A DNA stretch of 64,000 bases, from the NCBI GenBank assembly GCA_951406725.2, contig OX597833.1:24738001-24802000 (forward strand), written 5' to 3'. The position numbers were made by a program, and so were the translations under genes. Under the pieces are notes generated by a model. That model searched no databases, was not told where the DNA came from, and was given only the letters and a program-made list of their open reading frames with translations. Each line of letters opens with the position of its first letter. The first letter of the stretch is position 1. Below, one piece after another: positions 1 through 13,570 of this stretch. The DNA comes from Octopus vulgaris (lineage: Eukaryota).

Positions 1-119
1 TCTTTATTTGGAGGCCTTTTAATGTATTTATATATGAATAACGCATAGTCTAATGACTAATTCGTCTTTTGCGCTAGGTCACTGGTAATAATAATTTATT
101 TTATTACCCTATTTACTAT

Positions 120-170
<51 letters not shown>

Positions 171-243
171 CAGACATATGTATATATATATATATATGCT
201 GGCCATTGATAGAATTTTTTTCGAAAAATTTTATCCTATATTA

Positions 244-281
<38 letters not shown>

Positions 282-286
<5 letters not shown>

Positions 287-1140
287 CAGTAATATCAGCG
301 CCGAGCTGTATTTAGGCATAGGCAAACTTTGTTTCTTAAAATATGTCTGTGACACATTTTCACTGCTAAAGAGTATCTCACTGATGTTACCGTGGAGAAA
401 ACACCCTATCTGTCTAGTGCTGCTACCTTGCGAATTTCCAGACGTGCAAGTTTCTACCTTCTTAGCCCTTCTTAATAGGAAATACTGAAGTGAATCAACT
501 CCTGACTGACCTTATCAAGCTGTGGCTTTAACTAAAACACAGTCAACAACATTGACGGATTTGCGCCACTTGAACGCCAAGGTCGGGAAAATTACAGTAA
601 TATCAGTGCCAAGCAGTGTTTAGGCATATGTGAACTGTGGGTAAGTTAAATATGTTTGTGATATACTTCAACTGCTAAAGGTACATTCACTGCAGGTACA
701 GTTGAGGAAAATTCATTCCGGAAGGTAGTAACACTGGATAGATATGCTGTTTTTTACAACTATTTTTTTTTACCATAACAGAGAATTTCCCCCTCCCCGT
801 AACTGCAGTAAATTTGCCTTTAGAAGTTGAAATATGTCATTAGCACATTTTAAGTAACCTAAAGTTTGCTTATGCTTAAACACTGCTTGGCGCTGATATT
901 ACTGTAATTTTCAGGAACTTCGAGGTCTACAGACGTAAATCAGTCAATGATGTAGACTGTATTTAAAGCCACGGCTTGATTAGGTCTGTCCAGAGTTGCC
1001 TCTCTTCATTATTTCTCACTGAAAACGCCTAAGACACTAGAAACTTAGATATCTGGAAGTTCGGAAGGTGGCAGCATTTATCTCCAGGGTAGCTGCAGGG
1101 AATTTGGCTTTAGCATTTAAAATATGTCACATATTTGAAC
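282..1140. repeat. Foldback-type repeat: ~310-bp unit in tandem (282-590, partial 591-720) plus diverged inverted copies (790-1140)
   Basis: attacagtaatatcagYgcc starts at 282 and 591, and its reverse complement is at ~890-909. gaccttatcaagctgtggcttt (~508) mirrors aaagccacggcttgattaggtc (~965). tgctaccttgcgaatttccaga mirrors tctggaagttcggaaggtggcagca. Confidence 0.75.
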
Positions 1141-1194
1141 TAATCTAACTACTCTCTCTCTCTTTCTCTCACTCACATACACACACGTTCGCGG

Positions 1195-1410
1195 ACATGT
1201 GTGTCGGTGTTTGTCCCCCATTACCGCTTGACAACATGTACTGATGTGTTTATGTTTCCTTTAACTTGGCGGTTCGGCAAAAGTGAACGATATAATAAGT
1301 ACCAGGCATAACATAATAAGCTCTGGGATCGATTCACTCGACTAAAATTCTCTAAGGCAGTTCTCAGCATGACGCAATCTAATGACTGAAACAAGTAAAA
1401 GAATAGAAGA
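1195..1410 (+). mobile_element. SINE family A, 3' half
   Basis: Matches the 3' half of the full copy at 9876-10285 (gtttgtcccc...cggttcggcaaaag...aatgactgaaacaagtaaaag). Confidence 0.75.
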
Positions 1411-1614
1411 ATGGAATTCTTTTAATAGCTAAGAGCAGGCCGTTGAAATGGTGGAGGAAACGTTGGAAAAAATCTGCTATAGGTAGGTCATTACATTGGC
1501 TAGTAGTGAATCTAGCCATGGCAGACTGGATATGCTTTGATTTCTTGCAGTAGAATCCACCCTACTATAAGCACCAAAGGAGTAGGTGTGGCAATCTAGC
1601 AGAAAAATTAGTAC

Positions 1615-1850
1615 GTCGGCGAGCTGGCAGAAACGTTAACGCGCCAGGCGAAATACTTAGCGGTATTTCGTCTGCCGTTACGTTCTGAGTTCAAATCCCG
1701 CCGAGATCGGCTTTGCCTTTCGTCCTTTCAGGGTTGATTAAATAAGTACCAGTTACGCACTGGGATCGATACAATCGACTTAATCTGTTTGTCTGTCCTT
1801 GTTTGTCCTGTATGTGTGTAATCCCTTGTGGACAGAAAAGAAATAGGAAA
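1615..1850 (+). mobile_element. SINE family B (tRNA-like head, Meta/MESC-like core)
   Basis: ggcgagctggcagaaacgtt head, gagttcaaatcc B-box and gcctttc.tcctttc.gggt.gat.aa.taagtaccag core; many copies in the window. Confidence 0.8.
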
Positions 1851-2970
1851 AATTAGTGCGTCGGTAAAAATGGTTTGGAAACATTTTCTGATTCTTTACG
1901 TTCGGAGTATTCGATCTGGTCACCGTTGCATTTTATTCTTTTTGGGATCGATAAAATAAAGTAACAGATGAGCACTGCTGACCATTCATTCGTCCCAAAG
2001 TCGTTGACTTTTGGCCAAAATTTGAAATTTGTTATTGTTGACTATTTTTCTTTATATCCATATTATCGCTTATTGTATCCAACAGTCGTATACCCCAAAG
2101 ACGTGAAGTCCATGACCATCATGCTTCGCTTTCTTCTGACATATCATATCATATAACCAGATTATCCAGTGTGCTCGTCTTTTATAAAGACAGAAAAAAT
2201 GGATTTGAAGGGAATTTGGTTGTTATTTCTAGCAGGATGTGTGACCACGAAGGGATATTTCCGTTGGCTTACATCCCCTCACCACCTTTTAAGCTTAGAA
2301 TCTCTCGTTAGCTTTAGATTCATTCTAGAGCTTGATGCAAATAACGAAACAATAACAACACCCATTCGTTATTCTATTCTTTACACTAACAAAACGCACG
2401 CACACACACACACACACTTACACACACACACATACTCTCTCTCTCTCTCTCTCTCTCTCGCACACAGACGCATACATGCGCACATTGTTTTACTTCACCA
2501 AGTCGTAACTTAAGGGGAAATACATCTAATGATATAGCATTGCTTACACTCTCTCTCGTAAAAAACTCACACGCACACACACACATACACGCACACACAC
2601 ATGCACACACACACACAACATACGTACACACACAACATACGTACAAACACGTATGTTAATGCGTCTGGTTATAAATGTACTTATCCTAAACTACACAATG
2701 TAATAAAAAAATCAAACATCTTTAGTCAATTATATTCCAATGGAAAACATAGAAATCTGCTAGTCTTAGACTAAAATGAAAACCTTATGTTATCTAGTTA
2801 TTTCTTTTTACATTTTTGGATTAACTTTCATCCGTATTTTTTCTAATTTTCAGTCATCATTCTCTTTTATAAAAATCCTTCTATTGTCCTTTATTATTAT
2901 TTTTTTTAATTAATTTTCTTCAAATTACACATTTATTTATGTGATATTCCACCGCCACATAAATTTCAGA

Positions 2971-3270
<300 letters not shown>

Positions 3271-3784
3271 AGGAACAATCTAAAACTGACTTTAAATCTA
3301 TTTCATTATTTAAAATACAAATAAAACTATTTTTGGTTGTTTATATATGTATCTTGTTTCGTGTTTAGAATTTATTTTAAATTTCCTCCCAGTTTCTTTC
3401 TCTCTTTCTCCCTTTCATTCCCGCTCTCATTATCTGTCTCTATGCGTGTATGTAGGTATGTATGTGAGAGTGAGTCTGTGTGTGCGTGTGTGTTTGTGTC
3501 GGGTGTGTGTGCAAGCGATGGGGTTTTCTGTGAGTCTAAGACAGAAAATGATTATATTGTTTAAGAAAGCCACAACAATGCAAGTTAGAAATAATGGAAA
3601 CATAATACAAATATTTGCACATTAAAATATTTTGGCCAATATAAGGTCATTATGAAGACAAAAGGGAGGCTGAAATTAGTCCTGATCTGCATAGGATGTA
3701 TGTGATATGTTTATTGGGAGAGTTACATCAATCAAATAATCTGGCGAGCTGGCAGGATCGATAACACGTCCGACAGGTCAGTTC

Positions 3785-4120
3785 CTCAAGGAAACCTATT
3801 ACATATGTATTGCAAATTCTGGTGTAACTTTCGTTACCATTGCCGTCTTTCTTATTTGAAGTTAATATTGATTATCAACGAGTTAGTTCCTTTCTAACAC
3901 CAATCACAATCCTTCAAATATATATAGCCTTTTAGAAATTTGCTGAATTCTATGTTGGTATTTTTCTAACATTCTAGTGTTTCAAGACCTACCCCTTGGG
4001 TGATATTTGTGTAATTGACCAGGGCAATTTCTACGTTCGGTCTTTCTAGATCATTGTTTAGAAAATCCATATCACTTCCCATGAAACTAGGAACAAATTT
4101 GGACAATGGTTTCAAAATTA
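3785..4120 (-). mobile_element. Degenerate Penelope-like reverse transcriptase fragment
   Basis: Minus-strand translation with stops and frameshifts gives DMDFLN, YTNITQGVGLETLE, LQIRKTAMVTKVTPEFA and GFLE. These match PLE RT motifs SLYTNIP..GLEA and GTAMGTKxAPxYANL.MG.LE. Confidence 0.65.
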
Positions 4121-4224
4121 TGTCAATTAAGCTGCTTCATCTTTTGGTTTTTAATATTTCTCTTGAAACAACTGGACGTAATTTTAAACCGGAGAGTTTG
4201 AGAATATAATATAATAAAATATAA

Positions 4225-4279
<55 letters not shown>

Positions 4280-4649
4280 GAAGGTTTGAAAATGCAATTT
4301 TAAAGATGTTTATTCATTTGACTGGTTTCACTTTTTTAGAAAAAGATTGTCAAAAGTAAAATGTAAAGTTTTGTATAAGCTTTATTGTGTTAAGTACTGG
4401 TTGTTACAAGATATTAAAATACATATATACATTCTTTGATAATAATAAGAAAATGTTAAAAATAGTTTACCAGGAAAATTCTTGAGAAAATATTAAACAA
4501 AAAGTTCATTAAAAATCATGTTTATTTGGAAGTTTTAGCATTTTTTATTTTGTGAGAAGCTAAGGGTTGTTTGCTATTTTAAGGGACAGTGTGGGAGGTT
4601 GGTTGGGGTGGGGGACGGAAGAGCAAGTTCGAGTCATCGAGTGATCTTT

Positions 4650-4960
4650 TTCTTTTACTTGTTTCAGTCATTTGAAACAAACTGATTGCAGGATTTCATT
4701 TTTTAAAAACGTAATGCTTATTATACCGGTTTATGTTGCCGAATCGCTAAGTTACGGGAACATAAACACTCTAAACGCAAAGACATACATACATACGTAC
4801 ATACATATAACATACTTCTTTCAGTTTCTATCTACCAAATCCACTCACAAGGCTTTGGTCATTCCGGAGCTATAGAAGAAGAAACTTCTCTAAGGTGCCA
4901 CTAAGTTGCCCATGTAGTTGGTAAGCAAGATTCGTATTAATGATCCACGCCTGCGCCATT
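4650..4960 (-). mobile_element. SINE family A, diverged
   Basis: Reverse-complement similarity (ttttacttgtttcagtcattt...ccaaatccactcacaaggctttggtc...cacgcctgcgcc). Confidence 0.75.
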
Positions 4961-5440
4961 TATCTGCTTATAACGGAAGAGTTATTGTTTATTGTGATAT
5001 ATACATGTGTCGACAATAAAAATGACATTGGCAATAAAATTAATTGATACCGCTCATTCCCAATGTATTTCATATACTTTGGGTTTATAAAAAATTAATT
5101 AATTAATTAAATAATAAGCAAACAATATTTAAAGTTTTAGTGCTTTTTGACTTCTCCGTTCTTGGTCCTATCGCCCAATTAAATGATTTAGAATATGTTG
5201 TTATTGCTAGCACTGGTGGAAGAAGAAAATTCATTGACCAAGTATCTGATGGTACAATATCGGTAACAGTAAATTAACGGGCAATTCAACTTGCCCAACA
5301 TAAGCGAAATATGCTAATTGGAATGAAGTTAATAGAGTATAAATGTACCTGAGACATATTTTTAGTCTTTTTCTTTAGGTCACATAAACTGGTTTCTTTC
5401 CACGTACAGGGCACTTAGCTTTTCAATATTTCCACTACAT

Positions 5441-5848
5441 AGGCGCATGCGTGACTGTGTGGTAAGAATCTTGCTTCTCAATCACATGGTTCCAAGTTTA
5501 GTCCCACTATAGCCTCAGTGGACGACCAAAACCTTGTAGGTGGATTTAGTAGACAGAAACCGAAAGAAGCCCATCGTATACAAACACACACATATGTTGT
5601 GCGTGTATGTGTGCGCGTGTGTGTGTGTGCATGTCATTGAGTCTGTGTTTGTCCCCCGCCACCTTTTCACAATTGGTGTTAATGTGTTTACATTCCTGTA
5701 ATCAAGCGGTTCGGCAAAGTGACCGATAGAATAAATGCTAGGCTTAAGAAATATGTCCTGAGGTCGATAAATTCGAGTAAAACCCTTCAAGGTAGTGCCC
5801 CAGCATGACCACAGTCAAATTACCGAAACAAGTAAAAGATAAAAGGTA
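5441..5848 (+). mobile_element. SINE family A
   Basis: ggcgcatgcgtgactgtgtggtaag head, internal (TG)n and the gaaacaagtaaaagataaaag tail. Confidence 0.8.
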
Positions 5849-7113
5849 CCTGACCCTAAGTATGATCTACGGCAAGCTGTGAAGCGCTGCGAAATTGATG
5901 TGCGCTTGTTAGCCCGGGGTTTGTGTTATTCCTCCTGCTACTATGAATTGTGACTGAACACTGTAAAGACAACGACGACGATAATGATAATGGCTGACGT
6001 GTGGTAGGATGCGTGCTCTATCAACCGTAGTAGGATATATGTAAACGTCAAACTTGTTTATGAGTCCTAGAGTAAAATAAGAAGACATGCAACACCGGCG
6101 CCCCACATGTTTTCACGCAGGCTGAGACAGTAGAAAATAAAAAAAAATGTGAGGGTCACAGCCTGAGATATTGGTGCTGATATTACTCGTTAGCTTGACG
6201 TCATCTTTGATACAGAGTCGGTAAGACAGTGCACGCATAGATGACCCTCAAAAAAACGTGGTAAAATGAAGCCTGTACTAAAACCCAGGTCCCGGTGACC
6301 CGGAAGACCACACGGTTGTTCTGTTGTTCTATCTGAGAGAGAGAAAAGAGCAGCTCAGACGGATAGTATAAGGCAGAGAGTCCTGTTGATTTACCAGTGA
6401 AAATAAAAACCGTTTAAGGATATTTTGAAAAGAACACGAGAACTGAATAAAAATATGATTGGCAAGTAGTAATAGAGATAGCAACAGTTAGCAGATCCCA
6501 GCGGTGAAGACTATAGCTGCTTCAACTGCTCTTTTCTGAGTACGACTAATGGCAGTTCTTGGGATTGCCAGAGCACAAGCAAACAAAATCGAGAAATACC
6601 TAAGTCTGAGGCTGATTGAGGAGCAAATATTTCTTCTCCAGTACAGAACCGACCAGAATGACTTACAGCAATGAAGAGGAGATTAAATGATGGCACAGTA
6701 AAAAAGAGTGCATAAAGAGAATGAAGTCTTACTAAAGATATTTAAAAAGACTGCGGCCGTTTGTCTGGAATGCCTTATATTCTCGACTGTCCACACTGCC
6801 AACGAAAGCCTGCTGTATCTGCTAAACGTACTGAAGGAAGGCAATTGGAAAACAGAATTAAGGGTGTCTTAGATTTCTAATTTGTGAAAAAACAGATACG
6901 CTGTTAATAAAGAAACCCTGCTACAATAACTTATTAATAGCTTGCAGTTTCTCGCTTTGACCATAACAGAAGAATGAGAACAGAGTACCCAGAGCAGAAG
7001 ATAATCATAGTCGTTGAGTGCACTATCCATTTAAATGGTCGCTTATGATCGTTTGTATACTGGTCACAAGTACCCATAAGTATGTCATGAAAAGGGTTAT
7101 GGTAAGTGTAGTT

Positions 7114-7169
<56 letters not shown>

Positions 7170-7191
7170 GTATTTATGTATATATATATGC

Positions 7192-7980
<789 letters not shown>

Positions 7981-9284
7981 TAGATGTGTAAAGACAAACA
8001 CAGACTCACACACGCACACAATCTCATATATATTAGCTGTGAAACTATGTACACAAACGAAAGACACATAAATAATAAATACACTCACTCGTATGCATAT
8101 ACGCGTATATAAAGATATTTATATATATATACATACATATATATATATGTATGTATTGTTCATGGAACAATTTCTTTGCATTAGATCGGTCCGTGGTGCA
8201 AAATACATTTGGTAACTGCTGCCTTATTCCACTGAAAGACAAAAGCAGAAGTCTAACCTATCGACTTTGAACATTTGACTCTACAGGACGAAGTCAAACC
8301 TCGAAGCAGTTAAAATTAGAAGATAACGTTATATATTCGTAATGTTGTTTGTAACAAAACCACCTACAATGAAATAAGTTTGAAAGTCAGTGACACATAA
8401 CTAACCTTCAAGTAACAGACAAACCCTAAGAAGTTTAGTGTCTATGTTTTTAGTGTGTGTGTCTATGTTCGTCTGTATATGCTTGTCAGTGGGTAAAGCT
8501 GTATATATATATATGTGTGGCTTGCTTCTGTGTGCCCACACGCGCGTGTTCATGCCTATGCATATATGCATGCGTGACAGTGTGTATGTGTATTTCTGAC
8601 ATGACCCCAATCTATCATATATGACAGTACCATTTTATTATCACCATGTCACTTATCTGTCTCAACGAATTAACTTTCCTATGCGTTTGTACATCCTTCT
8701 CCTCCTCCTTCTTGCTCATCCTTCTTGAACATATCTTTGTAAAAAGAAAATACATACGCACATACTCTCTCTCTCATCCACCCTCACTCACCCACCCTCA
8801 CTCTCTCTCTCTTCCACACACACATTACTAAAGAGAATTGATTTCTCAATTTATTCCTTGTAAAAATTCTTGATGTATTTCTTAAATATAATAATTATAA
8901 TAAACTTTTGTAACAGTCAGAGAACTATAAATTCGGAGAAGAGAGGAATTAGTGGATTATATCGACTCCGAAATGGTGAAAGGCAAATGTGAAAACGGAA
9001 GGATTTGAACATTATAATAACAAAGATTTCTATAGTCTTTCTCAAAGGGTATATGTCACGGAACTGACTTAAAAATAAGTTTAATGCGTCGGGTGGTCAC
9101 GTCAACACAAACAACAGAAAAAAACGTCAACACAAACAACAGAAAAAAACTAAATATAATCTCCACAAACGTTTGGGTTTGGTCAAAAGCAAAGTCATAT
9201 AACAAGTGGTGATGGACAGTAAACAATGTAAGGGATTGTAAAAAATATGTATATTAAAGACACATATTAAATGCATATAGGCAC

Positions 9285-9600
9285 AGGCGTGGCTGTGTGG
9301 TAAGAAGTTTGCTTTCAAGCCACATGGCTCCCGGGTTCAGTTCTAAACACTTGTGGGTGGATTTGGTAGACAGAAACTGAAAAGAAGCCCGTCATATATA
9401 TGTATAATATTTGTGTATGTCTTTGTGTCTGTGTTTGTCCCTAAGCACCACCTGACAGCCGGTGTTGGTGCGTTTACGTCCTCGTAACTTAGCAGTTCGA
9501 GATAACAGGTTTTAAAAGAGAAAAAAGAAACGGTGGGGTCTATTCGTTCAACGAAAGTTCTTCAAGGTGGTGTCCCAACTTGACTGCAGTATAATGACTG
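9285..9600 (+). mobile_element. SINE family A
   Basis: caggcgtggctgtgtggtaag head and the family body. Confidence 0.8.
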
Positions 9601-9813
9601 AAACGATTAAAAGATTAATAGAGAAAAATCGATTAAAAAATATTAAGAGAGAAGAAACAATTATAAGATTAAGAGAGAAGAAACGATTAAAAGATTAAGA
9701 GAGAAGAAACAATTAAAAGATTAAGAGAGAAGAAACGATTAAAAGATTAAGAGAGAAGAAACGATTAAAAGATTAAGATAGAAGAAACGATTAAAAGATT
9801 AAGATAGAAGAAA
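9601..9813. repeat. 26-bp minisatellite (aaacgattaaaagattaagagagaag) x ~8
   Basis: Tandem units visible directly after the SINE tail. Confidence 0.9.
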
Positions 9814-9875
9814 TATTTTAAGAACTTGAAGAAATACTTTCTAAGAAAAGATAGAATTTGAAAATATGAAGTATA

Positions 9876-10285
9876 GGCGCAGGAGTGGCTGTGTGGTAAG
9901 TAGCTTGCTTACCAACCACATGGTTCCGAGTTCAGTCCCACTGCGTGACATCTTGGGCAAGTGTCTTCTACTATAACCTCGGGCCGACCAAAGCCTTGTG
10001 AGTGGGTTTGGTAAGCGGAAACTGAAAGAAGCCCGTCGTATATGTGTATGTATATATATATATATGTGTGTGTGTGTTTGTGTGTCTGTGTTTGTTCCCC
10101 CAACATCGCTTGACAACCTGTTTACGTTCCCGTAACTTAGCGGTTTGGCAAAAGAAACCAATAGAATAGGTATCAGGCTTAAGAAAGAAAAAGTGCTGGG
10201 GTCGATTTGCTCGACTAAAGGCGGTGCTCCAGCATGGCAGCAGTCAAATGACTGAAACAAGTAAAAGAGTAAAGAGTAAGAGAGT
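9876..10285 (+). mobile_element. SINE family A, full-length (tRNA-derived head, CORE-like segment, internal TA/TG microsatellite)
   Basis: A-box-like tggctgtgtgg, B-box-like gagttcagtccc, CORE-like ttgggcaagtgtctt, and an aaagagt-repeat tail. Confidence 0.9.
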
Positions 10286-11156
10286 ACAGGTAGGGCAATC
10301 CAACCAGAACACCTCAGTTCTTCGTTCGATTTTCATTTGTAGTATTTAAACCAGGCACACCCAAATGTTCCAGGAAATAGCTCTTCCTTTGAGAACGATA
10401 AAAGGTATCCAAAGTCATCTAGTTAGTGTTGTTTTATATTGTGATAAATTGTCGATGTGGTATTCACCGATACCCTACATTTCTATCTCTTGACAAATGG
10501 TACTAAATCTTCTTCCACATTCAGCGCATTGTTATTAACAAATTTATAAACGTGCTGTATGTCTGCCGGACCGTGAACGGGTTAACCCGTAGAACGGGAA
10601 CTTCATTTTCTGCTTCACATATATTTTACCTTTACTTCCCGACCTTTGGATTTTTAACGGTAAAATCTTATAAGGGCCCCGCCCACGTATATGGTTTTAT
10701 AGTTAAAATGTGTGTCATAAATTGGCTATATTTCTACAATACACAAAATGCTTTAATCGTTTTATACGGTTCGTAATATTTAATTATAGAAACATAGGAA
10801 ATTTTTTTTATCTATTCTGTAAATGGCTATGGAGTTCTAGTAGAGCGAAATATGAATTAAAGCGGTCTATAGGCAAGAAATGGTTGAGAACCGCTGATTT
10901 TAAGTAAATGACGAATTTTTCCCGCGAGGGGGCAGCCGCTTCTTCAACTTTTAGGTGCAAGGACGAAGCGATCATCTTAACTATTTCCAGATCAGGAGGT
11001 GATTCTGCTATCTTTTCCTGTAATTTTCTGCTTCCTCGGAGCAGAAGTCCTCAAGGGTCTCATAGCACAAAGAGTGTAATTGTTGGGTTTTCTGTCCTGA
11101 ACCTTTAGCCGGTTTTATGATATGTCTTTCTGTACCAACTGTTAAATTGCTCTATG

Positions 11157-11260
<104 letters not shown>

Positions 11261-11590
11261 CACCACTCGATCATAAGTTAGCTTTGGGTACTCCTTCGCT
11301 GACGGCCCGTCCGTACCGCACCATAAACGTGACGACGAGACAAAGATCAACGTCGATACATTATTCTTTAAAGTAACTCTTGCACTGCATTGTAGATGGT
11401 GCGAATCTCTGACTTTTCGCCTCGACCTCTGTATTAAACACCTTACTTATGTCTCCACCATAACTTCTTCGGCCGTTCTATTAGCTAGTTCCTTCGACTG
11501 CATGAAAAAGATGCATATAATGATTTCAGTAATCATGGAGTGGTAGGTCAACACGCCGTTTCATTTAGAAATTATTATTCATTATGATTT

Positions 11591-12390
11591 AAAGGCGGCG
11601 TGCTGGCAGAAACGTTTGCACGCCGGGCGAAATGCTTAGCAGTATTTCGTCTGCGGTTACGTTCTGAGTTAAAATTTCGCCGAGGTCGACTTTACCTTTC
11701 ATCCTTTCGGGGTCGATTAAATAAGTACCAGTTACGCACTGGGGTCGATGTACTCGACTTAATCCCTTTGTCTGTCCTTGTTTGTTCCCTCTATGTTTAG
11801 CCCCTTGTGGGCAATAAAGAAATAGCAAATAAGAAACGTTAACTTGACTGGCGAAATGCTTAGCGGTATTTCGTCTGCCATTACGCTGTGAGTTCAAATT
11901 CCGCCGAGGTCAACTTTGCCTTTCATCCTTTCGGAGTCCATAAATTAAGTGCCAGTTACGCACTGGGGTCGATGTAATCGACTTAATACCTATATCTGTC
12001 CTTGTTTGTCCCCTCTGTGTTTAGCCCCTTGTGGGTAATAAAGAAATAGAAATAGGTATTTCGTCTGCCGTTACGTTCTGAGTTCAAATTCCGCCGAGGT
12101 CGACTTTGCTTTTCATCCTTTCGGGGTCGATAAATTAAGTACCAGTTACGCACTGGGGTTGATGTAATCGACTTAATCCGTTTGTCTGTCCTTGTTTGTC
12201 CCCTCTGTGTTTAGCCCCTTGTGTGTAGTAAAGAAATAGGTATTTCGTCTGGCTCTACGTTCTGAGTTCAAATTCCTCCGAGGTCGACTTTCTCTTTCAC
12301 CCTTTCAGGATCGATTCGTACTGGAATCGATTTAATCGACTGGCCCCTTCCTCGAAAATTTCGGGTCTTGTGCTTAGAGTAGAAAAGATT
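11591..12390 (+). mobile_element. Head-to-tail array of four SINE family B units
   Basis: gtatttcgtctg...gagttcaaattccgccgaggtcgactttgcctttcatcctttcggggtcgat repeats at ~11642, 11866, 12056 and 12240. Confidence 0.9.
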
Positions 12391-13527
12391 ATTCATTATA
12401 ACTTATCTAATTTAGTTATAAGGTCCACGATTTTGCGAGGAGGTAGTTAGTTCCTACCTTCGACTCCAGTGTTGGACTGGTATTTTATTTCATCGAACCG
12501 TAAAGGATTAAAGGCAATGTTCGCCATATTTTGTCCGATTCCCTTACAATTCTGCTAATCCACCAAACTAACATTAACAGAAATGTAGATAGGCAATACA
12601 TAATAATAAAGATTAAAAAAAGTGTTTTGTAGTTATTCCGGGACAATACAATTATTAACACACACACATACAAATCCCAAAGCGAAAACAAAGGGAACCT
12701 CTCCCGTAGAAAAAAATACAATTAAAGTTAAGCCCTCCCTATTCCGTTATCCATTTTTTTTCTTTATATTCCATTGTGGTTTTTCGCCAGTCATGTTGAG
12801 ATACACCGTATGGGAAAGTTCACCGTCTGTTATAAAACATTAAGACCCCACCATTCAATTTGTATGTCCCTCTCACTACACCTCCACTTCGCTTCAGTTT
12901 AGTTTTATTACTTTAACAGATACTTCTGCCACCGGTGTTGTTCTTATTGCTGGAAATTGTTTGGTGTGGATTTTAGGATAATGTATTTGTTTGGGTTTCA
13001 GTATGCGTGTATTGGTATGCGTATAATACATACATACATATGTGTGTGTATGTATGTGAATGTGCTCACGTTTATGTCAAGTGCGTTTAACCGAATCTGT
13101 ATGTTTGTAACTGTATGTGAATGTGTAAGTGCATTTGGCTCTATTTTTCTACACACGCACATACACACACGCGGACGCACAAATGATTATATAGGAAATT
13201 GGGGTAAAATAATTAACTTGAATTAAAATGGGATTCGTTACAACTCTGAATCAACAAAGCAACTGTGTTAGTCACTCGCGATTGTTATTGATATTATGTG
13301 GGCAAGTATAACCGGCTGCATGGTCAGTTCATTGGTGACTAAATGCGCTTCCACTTTAGGTTTGCCCGGTGTGGAAGTTAATTAGAAACCCAGAAGAGCG
13401 ATTATCAAGCAATATTGAAGGGATCAAGATATCCTGGGTTAGTGCTCGGCATATTGCAATATTATTGGATGCGAGGAATCCTATAGTCTTTATTAAATCA
13501 TGTCTGTTTGAGAAGATGCAATTACAC

Positions 13528-13569
<42 letters not shown>

Positions 13570-13570
<1 letters not shown>

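Noticed and set aside
9601-9813. Regularly spaced repeats as a CRISPR array
   Set aside because: The units are contiguous with no unique spacers, and the context is eukaryotic.
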